Made by a program: the position numbers and the translations under genes
Notes under the pieces: model-generated
Databases searched by the model: none
What the model was told of the DNA's origin: nothing
The model's input: the letters and a program-made list of their open reading frames with translations, nothing else
In this document: piece by piece, positions 53,632-64,000 of the stretch
How positions within the stretch are numbered: the first letter of the stretch is position 1
How the letters are laid out: each line of letters opens with the position of its first letter
From: Perna viridis
Taxonomy: Eukaryota
DNA length: 64,000 nt
NCBI GenBank assembly: GCA_037379345.1
Contig: CM074518.1
Span: 4,650,001 to 4,714,000, forward strand
Reading direction: 5' to 3'

Positions 53632-53775
53632 GGTTATAATGTCTACATATGATAGGTGATATAGATGCAAGCCTCTCTCGGTTATAATGTCTACATTTGA
53701 TAGGTGAAATAGATACAAGCCTCTCTCAGTTATAATGCCTACATATGATAGGTGAAATAGATGCAAGCCTCTATC
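53632..53775. repeat. 48-bp tandem repeat, ~3 copies
   Basis: Unit ggttataatgtctacatatgataggtgatatagatgcaagcctctctc. Confidence 0.85.
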
Positions 53776-53897
53776 AAAACTAGCTTCAAAAGAAAGACAT
53801 AGCTTGTAAGTTTAATTTCGTTGACATGTAAGATACATATGATACCAAGGTATTTATAGCGCACTCTTCGTTGCAGATACAAAAGAAGAATCAAAAC

Positions 53898-54166
53898 ATG
53901 ATCACATTGGTGGAGAGGGTAAAGGTATGTCTTCTTATGATCACATTGGTGGAGAGGGTAAAGGTATGACTACTTATGATCACATTGGTGGAGAGGGTAA
54001 AGGTATGTCTTCTTATGATCACATTGGTGGAGAGGGTAAAGGTATGTCTTCTTATGATCACATTGGTGGAGAGGGTAAAGGTTTGACTACTTATGATCAC
54101 ATTGTTGGAGAGGGTAAAGGTATGACTACTTATGATCTCATTAGTGGAGAGGGAAAAGGTATGACT
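53898..54166. repeat. 39-bp minisatellite, ~7 copies
   Basis: Unit atgatcacattggtggagagggtaaaggtatgtcttctt. Confidence 0.9.
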
Positions 54167-54965
54167 CCGGTAACACAGTACCATACAAAACAGAAAGTAC
54201 TTAGTCATTTTCTTAGATTTATTTACCAAAATATGATCAACTTATGAAATTCCATTCAATTTGAAATCTGTCGAAAAACTACCTAATACGACAATTTATG
54301 GACAAAATGTTTTCAAAATGAAGAAGAGATCAATTATTGGCAATATCAATTGTTCAAAATGCCTTTTTGATATTGCATTTAGTTCTAAAATATCACTCTG
54401 TTGGTCGGGAATGCCAAAGGAACTGTTGTTTTATACAATATATGTGTTTTCGGTTTAAAATGTGACAAAAACGAAGCTTTTTAATTGCGTTTGTTAGTTA
54501 ATATGAAGATGTATTTCTATTACAAAAGTAAAACACATGATCATGGTGTAGCTCAATACGACAAAATTTCTATGTCTTACATGTACTCGTAGCCCAGACT
54601 AAACAATCGCACCAGTGGGATATCGTTTTTGAAATGTGTTTTGCTTTCAGGTTTTGGCTGCCATGTCATTTTAAAGTTTAGATATCTGCCATTTCCTTTA
54701 TTTTTTTAAGGATGGTTTTTTTTTAACTTCGAGTAATAACTTCTAACGCCCGGGGTTAAAGACAAATGAAACTCGTAGAAACGTAGACAAAATAATCGGA
54801 AATACACATACATGTAGAACTGATATACATTTACACTTAAAGCAAGAAAAAATGAATACATTACATTATGAGGACGAGCTCTTATATCGCTTCATTTAAA
54901 TAAATTGCCGCAACAATTATATGTTTGTCTAATAAACTTATATTATAGGTTACATTTTTTTCTAG

Positions 54966-55597
54966 GATTTAACCTGTATGCTTGGATAGGGATGTTCGTT
55001 GCTGTATGCTTTCTTGTTATTTTGATAACACTATCATTAGCTTACATTGTAAGCAAGAAACAAGAAATTAAGGACATAAAAACAGAGGATAAACACACAG
55101 AAGAACAATCAAGAGATATATGGACCTCTAACAACGGGTGCTATGCTGATAATGATAATTTAGACTTGAATAGGCTACACGTAGAAACCCAGCAGACAGG
55201 ATTCACTGATACCTCAAAACGGAATAAAGCCACAGGGAAGCAATCTAAAGACACATGGAAAGTAGACAACGGGTGCTATGCTGTTAGTAATAATATAAAC
55301 TTGAAAAGGCAACAAGTAGAAAACCAGCAGACAGAATACGTTGATACCACAAATTGGGATAGATCCACAGAAGGGCAAAAACGCACATGGACAGTAAACA
55401 ACGGATGCTATGCTGTTAATGACGTTACAAACTTGAATCTGCGGCGTTTAGAAACTCAACAATCAGAAGACGTTGATATAACGTTAAGATCTCATTGTGT
55501 ACTTGACAATGACATTCAGACAAATCCATACTGTGATCTGTTGAATGATAGAAACAACGATCCCAACATATATGGCAGAATTCAACATACCGTATAA
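54966..55597 (+). CDS. Terminal exon: transmembrane helix and cytoplasmic tail of the Ig receptor
   Basis: Acceptor ttttttctag|, phase 1 and compatible with the Ig exon; AWIGMFVAVCFLVILITLSLAYIV followed by SKK; three ~45-aa repeats; stop at 55595-55597. Confidence 0.8.
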
Positions 55598-56444
55598 GTG
55601 TTGTCTTGGTTTGTTTGTTTGTTTGTTTTTTGTTCGTTCGTTTGGTTTTTTTTGTTTTGGTGTGGAAAATTTCGCGTTTTTCTTCAAAAACTGGGTGAGT
55701 GTGTTTAGCGTAATCTAATTTTAGCAGAAGACAAACAGTTCAATGAATACCGAATTCTCCACTGATCGACGAAAAAGGCTAAGGAGGAACAATTACCAGC
55801 AGGAGACCTCGATGAGGTGTAGAAAATGCGTATTTATTCATTATTAATCTTTCAATGAAAGTTTTTATTTTTTATGTTTCTCTGCGTTAGAAAACAATTT
55901 ATTAATTAGAATACCGCGATTAATTGGATCAATTCGTATTATACGTCCCTGATTCAACGAGTCAGCTTAAATGTTTACATTTCCTTTTCGTATGCAAACC
56001 AAGAGTTTCACTAAAATAATGGTCTTAACTTCGACAGTTTATAAAAAAAAAATGTTTAAATTTGCCATGCTTGTGTAATAATATTTGACATCTGGAAGCA
56101 GTTAATCAAGTGGAGTAAAGGATTAGTTGACAATATGAGAAATTTTCGTGATGTCATCACTTACCTGTGATTTGGTCTTGGTTGGCAAAAAATCCTTCGA
56201 GTGACATTGGGCATCAACTTTAAAATCACCATAACTTTTTCATTTTTCACGATAATTGAAAAAGTCTTTTGATTCCCTACACTGCCAATAACACTCTTGT
56301 TATTTATGGAACTTCTAAATAAATAAATATTCAGTAATAAGACTTTACAAGCATAACATTAAAAAAAATATATGTGAAATTGAGGTTTACATATAAATAT
56401 TAGTTCTAACTTATTTTTCAAGTAAAGTAGTTCCAAATTCCCAT

Positions 56445-58022
56445 ACATTCATTCATATATTTATTTCCTCATAAATGAGATTATAAAATGAAGCAGTATA
56501 TTAAGCACCCACTCAACTAAAGGAGAGGAGAACTAAACACAATTGATGAGGAAGTATACATATATATCACACATACTACATACAATGCGATCTCATAAAA
56601 TAAATAATTTGCTAATGACACGTCCTGCATTACTAAAGAATCAGTTTTGTCGATCGGCCGAACTTGGCGACACATTGTGCAACATGCGAGTGGCATAGTT
56701 GAACAAAGTACTTATAATCATCGCTTTCGAAACTAAATATAGGCTCATGACCGAGAAGAGTTTGAAATAACGTTTCGTCGTCGTATGAAAATAGTTCAAG
56801 ACACAGTGGCAGTTCAAAATCTCTATAATTACCTCACTCCATATCCAACGGTATGCCCTCGGTGCAGGAGCAAGCACAACACGCGTGAACATTGCCATCA
56901 ATATAATTGAGGTTACAAACATCGCAGACTACATGACCCGTCAAATAAGGAATTTCAGTTATGAGTTTGGTAATAATATATGCATTTCTAATGTCTTTAA
57001 ATGACTGCATTTTTCCAGAAACTCGCAATTGACACAGTGTTATGAATTTTCGCAAAACGATTTAAATTGGGATCGGCTAAAATGCGATTTCTCCAGTCAT
57101 TGAGTTGTATATCATCTACTGCTTTGTGTACAATTGATTTCCATCGTGATTTTGAGAGAAAGACTCTTCCCTTACATATTCTGAGAGATATTTAGTTAGT
57201 TCCTAGGTACACAGGATACTCACAATATCTGGAATAGCACCGTATTGATATCTATTGTTATCCATAAGACAGAAAAAAAAAAGTTTCATTAGGAAAATTT
57301 GTTTTGTCAAGTACGTACTGTTAAGAGAACACAATTTCTGAAGAAAAAAATGGTTTCTTTTATGTATAGAACTAACTATTGGTGATAGGCCAACAATACT
57401 TTCGCACATAACTGATCTGGTGGCAGTTTTTAAATGAAGTATGCTTTTAACTATAAAATTTTGGAAACAGTTCAGAAATGATATTTCTCCACTCTTGAGA
57501 TTGTTCCACAACTCGCAACCATACATTACACTTGGTAATACGACAGTTTTGTATAATCTACATAATACCATAGGATTTGTTCTTTGTAAAAAGACACCGT
57601 TTAAAGCAAAATAAACATTTTTTTCCTTTTCTACATGCCTTCTCGGTCCTTTTTTAGATTTAAAGTTGGACGTCAAATCTATACCAAGATGCAAATAATT
57701 GACAGAACACGGAATCGTTTCATCACCAATATTCCATGAAAAATCTGACTTTTTTCTTTATTATCGAAAATTGCACTATACATGCCTTGCTTGCATTTAA
57801 GGTAAAGTGCCACTTTTTAGAGAATCTAAAACCGAATCTAACATACGTTGTAACGCTACCGGCGACGTTGCAATACACGCTATGTCATCAGCAAGAGCTG
57901 GAGCACAACTATTAAGATTGAAAATGCCCATATTTCTATTACATGTTTCTATTTCACAGATTATATCATTTATAAAAACCAAATAGAGTAAACCAGACAG
58001 AACACCACCTTGCCTTACTCCT
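56445..58022 (-). mobile_element. 5'-truncated decayed LINE (same broad type as 524-2133)
   Basis: GVRQGGVLS..VFIND, ALADDIAC, HLGI and YGCELW; AATAAA and (GAAT)n tail near 56445-56465. Confidence 0.85.
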
Positions 58023-58999
58023 GGAAGTTGATGGGGGGGAGGGGTTGCACGGTGAACCTTCCCAGCCCATGGACTTTTTGTAGACCATATTAAAGAACCA
58101 TAAAAATGATGATGTCGAATTTATATTTAATAGATTTGTGTTGACGTGGGGATGAGTGAAAGTTAGAAATCAACATTAACGCATGCCTCTTGGTAATCAA
58201 TATTGTACACTACCTATCACTTTTAAATTTGCATAGACGAAAAAGTTAATAAAATACTCCATTTCATTCATCGGTTCATTTAAAATGTATTGCAGTATAA
58301 AATATGCATATGTTCCTTGTTTATTTTCACTCAACTTTTAGAAATTAATAATGCAGACAAGTATGTTTCCTCATCAACAGCCAGAGGCCATGTTTCCTGT
58401 GGTCCACATTTCAATTTGAGAACAATCCATTTTATTTAGGTCATTTGTGTGCGAACTCTGGTTATTGTAGATAAACATGTTAAGTTCTGTAAACGGTAAT
58501 TTCCAGATTGCTGGTCATGACCAAGTAATTTTCTTTTATTATATACTCATAACTATGTTCCTATTCAAATCAATAGAAAACAAAGCATGCAATATATCCT
58601 GTTATTTGCACACAAACTTTCATCCGTATCTGGAAAAATTCGGCGACGTTCCGAATACATTTTTAAATTAATTACACTTCTGTCGTCCGCTAAAAAATGC
58701 CTGAACGGGATATTGACAGGTTGTTATAAAAATAGCAATGACCTCTTCATATGGGTCAACATATTTCAGTATTTGGTGACAGTTATTGTGATTCCATTTT
58801 TCTTTCAAATTATACAGACAAAAAATGCATTCCTTTCAATTTTAATCCAATTTATCAAACATTCATAAATCCATATTGCACTAATTCATATATTTATTAT
58901 GCATCATATTTGAACTAGTGCAATAAAACACATACAACGTTGTCAAATGCATTATATCCAACAAATTAGTATAATTTTAACGGAATTATTTATTACTAT

Positions 59000-59123
59000 A
59001 TAATACAATGGTTATTGCATGAATACTGGTGAATAATGTCCCTCGCAGAATATCATACTGCATGAATTTGCAAGTGCTCGGGACAATATTTACCAGTATT
59101 CATGCAATAACCCTATATTATTA
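59000..59123. repeat. Short inverted repeat (~33-bp arms)
   Basis: ggttattgcatgaatactggtgaataatgtccc / gggacaatatttaccagtattcatgcaataacc. Confidence 0.8.
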
Positions 59124-62100
59124 TTTGACTAATTCTTCGATACTCCGATGTAGTAAATATAAAACTGACTAGATATAACCAGTCAAGAGTGGATTTAAAA
59201 TTGAGTAAAGCATTTCTTTTTCCAATTTGGATCTTATTATTTTAAATCATAATCTCATATTCATATTATTTACAAGTGATTATTGTTCGATAATTTCTCA
59301 AAACCGTTATTAAACATGCCGCTATTTAATTGTCTCTGTTTTGAAAGGCGCTTTGTTTTCATGTCGCGTTAATCACCTTTCTCCTTTACAAAATCTTTGA
59401 ATGGGACCAGTTTCTTCTGAATCTTCCACTGGTTCTCTACAATTAGACAGTCTTTGTTCTTGTAAACCTTCTCCTACTGAGTGTAAATTGTTAGTTATAT
59501 AGAATAGTAACAGTCTTACTAATACCTGTATCAACCGCACCATATGTGCACTCTCTGTCTGTCTAGAGAGCGAACATTTATGATCATGTACCAATAGCAC
59601 AACATAGTACTGCGATTGAAAGAGCTTTCTATTCATCAGAAAATCCGTATTTTATCAACACCCTATTAGAAAGCTGCTCATTGATGATTCTATGTCATAT
59701 CTTCTTTTTGTTCTTCAATTTTTGTCGTCCTTTTTTTTTTCTTTTTTTTTTTTTGCTCATTTGCGCTTTCCGATATGCAAAATGTGTATGATTCCATTCT
59801 TTCTTTTATTGTATTTCATTGTCTCTTTCGTTTACATGTTCCATACTAATAATTAATATCAATAACGAATTTAAGTGTCCCGTTCTGGTTACCTGAAGAG
59901 AAAAAAATATATATTTACTACATATTCCGGTCGACGGAAAACGTTCGAAAAGTAAAAATTGGACAAATCATTAGACATTTGTTATGTTCGAATTTTATTC
60001 GCTTAAAACTGCAAAAATCATATGATAAATATGTGTGTTCATAAGTGCATGCACAATTTCAAAGTTTCATGATTTCATAGAAGAAATTGCTAATTGATGA
60101 AAGAATAACGTTTGAGCATGCAGGTTTCTCAACAAACGCAAAAACATTTTCAAGATGGCATAACTTTTATGTTTGTACTGAAAACTTTATCAAATACCGA
60201 TGTAGAATTGCTAAAACCATGTACATTTTTAGGAAATATAAATTGGACAGAATATTGCGGAAATAAGAACTTAATTTAACAATAAAATTTGACAACTGCA
60301 TACTTTTAGAAATCTTACCATTTACGAACACGTCCATTTTTTATCTGAATATTTGTTTACCTAAAATAAACGCGATTCCGATAATTATCTCTAAAAAACA
60401 TATGACATTATTCTTCCATGCAAAATTTTGCTAACTTCCTATCCTCTGCAGGATTGCAATTCACGATTGAAATAGAGTGCGTAAGGTCTGTACAATAAAA
60501 ATTTTAAATCATATGACGGTCGATTTTAGTGGTTATTACAACCAAATGGTGTTGGTAGCGGTGTCTAGCTTTCGGGATATCTGATCGAGGAACTTGGGCA
60601 GGGCTGCGGTTTTTCCACTTTAACTGTCTTGGAAGTACGTTTTCGTAAGAAATGCAAATTAATCCAATTTCATAAAATTTTATATATGGTGCCACACCAT
60701 TGCCTTTATAATGTTTAAATTATGTGTTGCTTTTGCAAATACATTGCTAAAAAGATAATAATTCACAGTTTAGAAATTCAAATACATTTAGTTTATTTCT
60801 TTTATTCTTTTTATGTAATAAAATTTAAGAAATATTGAAAGCTATAAGAAAAATAAATAAAACTAAGAGATAATGGGCGACAATTAACATGTGAAAGTTT
60901 CCTCCCTCCTTCCTAGCGATACGTATTTCTGCGTAACCGAACGAATGATACGTGTGATATTATAACTCGATTTTCGGTCAAATAAATGAAAGGCCCGGTT
61001 TGTAGAGGCATTACATTAATTTTATTTTAATTTCAATGAAATCGAAATGAGTTAAACATAAGTTTTAGCATTATTTCTACTATAATTGAGGTCATTCACC
61101 ATAACAAAACAGACAAGCCTTATTGGTACGTCCGTTCATTCGCCAATTTAGTGGAAATCGCTACTATGACGCAATAGCATGTGCTCAGGTAGCACGAACA
61201 TTTTTCGAAATATTTTTTTAGAGTTAATTGGTAGTTTGCTAAAATATTTTCAGCAGAAAATGTTGAAATCGTTTTTAAAACATTTTGGATTTTTTTCAAA
61301 ATGTTTTGATAACATTTTTGAAATATTTTACCGTTTAAGTTTTAAAAAGGTTTTCAGAACTGTTTATTGAAATGTTTTTGAAATGTTTAAATAACATGTC
61401 ACTGTAATGTGTTTGGATCTGTTTTTAAAACATTATTAGAACATGTAATAAAAATGTTTCTTATATGATACGAAAAAAATATTTTCGAATAATATTTTTC
61501 TTACATTCCTTTGGAACAGGTTAAAACATTTCCAGATATTGTTTTAATAAGGCTTTCTGAAATGTTCATAAAATATAATGTTCTGAAATATAAGTTGTAG
61601 AAATGTAAGAAAAACATTTTTATATATTTTTTTTAAATAAAAAAAAAAAACGTTTTAAAACAAATTTAGAAAATGCTCCTAAACTATTTTAAATTAGGTA
61701 TTTAAAAAACAATTTTCTCAAAAATATCAAATATAGAATAAGAAATAAATATGCCATGAAATTGAAATTCTGATAATTTAGCACTAAAAGACAATAGAGG
61801 ATATATATAATTACATCATTATTTAAAAAAAAAATTAAAAATGGCCGAACAAGAATATTATACACATGCAATATACATGGACGTGTAAACTAATCTTCAT
61901 AATTTGTAATGCATATTTGATTTACAATTAATTTATCCCAGTTTACTGGTTAACCAACATCAATGATGTCATCTTCATAGAAATAATAAGATGAACTTGT
62001 AAATTGTGTGCCACATGCTGCTATTGAAATAGGCTAGAGCAAATCTTTATCAGTGTGCGTATTATCTTACACATTTGTTCAAGGAGCACACACTATTTTG

Positions 62101-63084
62101 AAGATGATTTAAAGAACTGGATCTATCCAACAAGATGTAAGTACAATGCTTTGTAATTAGATTATCAGAAAACTGTTTGCCAAAGAACTTTGAACTAATG
62201 CTAATCTGTATAACCTTGTTTTATAAACATAGCTGGTCAATTAGTCATTTTACCATTTTAGTCAATTTCCTAGTCTCTAGACAACATCATGCTGTGAAAA
62301 TAAAAGACTCCAGTGACTTCTGATTTTGTTTTTGTAATGCTCCGACAATTTTTACTGCTCTGGGAAATTTACGTGTTTCTCCGTTTCCGGTTTTGTATAA
62401 TATTGATTCAATTGCATGTTCAGAACAAGATGACTAAGTTAACAAGTCAATTTTTTTGTCAAACAATTAGGTGTTGTCCCCACATGAAGTAAGTTTTTAA
62501 CTTTTGATTATTTTTTCATGATAGATAAGTGTCTCGGTGAATTAATTGATATGTTTAGATTGCCGAATTTTGTGTAAACAAGTGCATTTTGAGTGTCACA
62601 AAGAATGTCCTATATACTAACCTGGTCATTAGTTTTGCCAGTGTTTACATTCAATCTTTACGTTAATTCCTGACCAAACTTGGTAATTTTAAGGTATGTG
62701 TCAAAGAGAACAACTATCTTCTGATTGAATATAGACGGTTGTTTTCAGCAGTTTACAATCATTTTGAAGTGTGTATTTTCCAACAATTTTCCATTATAGT
62801 CGACTGTATGTCTAAACCATTTTTCATTGTCATGATAGTTCTATGAATATTGTGATTATGTTTATGAGTACTTAGTCTGATACGTTGCATTGAATCTGAC
62901 TAGGACATTATTTTGAAGCTGTGCAAGTTATTTTTAGAATTTATAACATTACTTCAAGTCCTGCATGTATGGAAAGCCAAATTGACAGAAACTTTGAAAC
63001 ATTTACACTACACATATTGTTAAATTTGTGTTCATGACATTGAATATGTTATGTTAGTTTTGAATGTTATGATTTTCTTGCATC

Positions 63085-63710
63085 ACCCAAGGATTTGATA
63101 CATCGCATCTACCCAAAAGAACTTGAGATAAAGGATGCTACACACACTGTAGATCAGCCTCATATCTTGACCTACACTTATAAATCGATGGTAAAGGAGA
63201 ACTATTGACCAAACTTTACGACAAACGTGATGACTTTTCATTCAAAATTGTCAACTTTCCTTTCAACTGTGGCAACATGCCTTCAGCACCTGCATATGGA
63301 GTGTTCATATCACAACTCATACGTTATGCCAGAGCATGCCGAAACTACGCAGACTTTTTGTATCATGCTAGAACTCTAGCAAATAGGCTTATGATTGTGG
63401 TTATGATGCTACAAGATTGAAGTCATCACTTCAGAGGTTTTATGGTCGTCATCATGAACTCGTTGATCGTTATGGTGTATCTATCTGCACCATGAAAACT
63501 GATTTATTTAACGGGTCATACAGTGCACCTGGTCTATGCTCCCAGTTTTTAGTGGAGTCCGAGTTGCTCATTTGCTTTTGTTACTTTGTATGTATGATTT
63601 TAGTTACTTTATGTTCTTTGTTGTGTATGTCTGTTTTCCATGTCTGGTCTTTGTCCCTGGATTGCATTCTTTTGATTACCACTATAACCTTGGTTCCCTT
63701 GATTACTCTT
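63085..63710 (+). mobile_element. 3' fragment of a Penelope-like element (RT thumb with no downstream endonuclease, plus 3' UTR)
   Basis: YPKELEIKD..SYLDL, KLYDKRDDFSFKIVNFPF, YGVFISQLIRYARAC and FYGRHHELV; 3' UTR follows directly, consistent with N-terminal-endonuclease (Naiad-type) PLEs. Confidence 0.85.
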
Positions 63711-64000
63711 GCATATTCATGGTTGTGAAATTGTGTTTTTTTTGTTTTGTTTATTGTTGGTTTTTTACCCTCTCGGTGGGTTCGGATTGAACTTATAAAG
63801 TTCACTGTTTTGATTATATAATGCTTGTCATTTTTATTTTATTTCTTTATAAGAAATACACATAATCTCTCTCTTTGCAGGAAATAAGGATTACAAAGAA
63901 GCTCATACCTAATGATTTAATGTTCCCAATAAACCAAGTTGATTATTTAGTTTTCAAGGTAAGCTTTATTTAGCGATGATATATTGATTGGACCATGACA

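Noticed and set aside
53891-54247. 13-aa repeat ORFs on both strands
   Set aside because: Artefact of the intronic 39-bp minisatellite.

Overview
AT-rich eukaryotic DNA, not prokaryotic. The repeat types suggest a bivalve mollusc (inference). No rRNA, true tRNA or CRISPR array was seen. Most of the window is transposon-derived: a near-complete Gypsy LTR element with PNMA-like gag (3547-10706, minus) inserted in one arm of an old inverted duplication; a near full-length two-ORF LINE (20821-~26075, minus); four 5'-truncated LINEs; nested decayed Gypsy elements; Penelope-like (PLE) fragments; a Helentron/HINE-type element; MITEs; minisatellites; and three copies of a ~520 bp SINE whose head is a pseudoknot rather than a tRNA. 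One host gene is supportable: a spliced signal peptide-IgV-transmembrane receptor (~51461-55597, plus) with a repeated, tyrosine-motif-rich tail. The most interesting signals are RNA-level: a retrozyme-like, tRNA-Leu-headed ~405 bp array with a decayed hammerhead-like core and a second hammerhead core nearby, the SINE 5' pseudoknot, and an in-frame ORF1-TAG-ORF2 LINE junction implying readthrough. A stand-alone RNase HI pseudogene only partly visible in the ORF track is also present. Family names come from motif recognition by eye; no search was run, and some boundaries are approximate.
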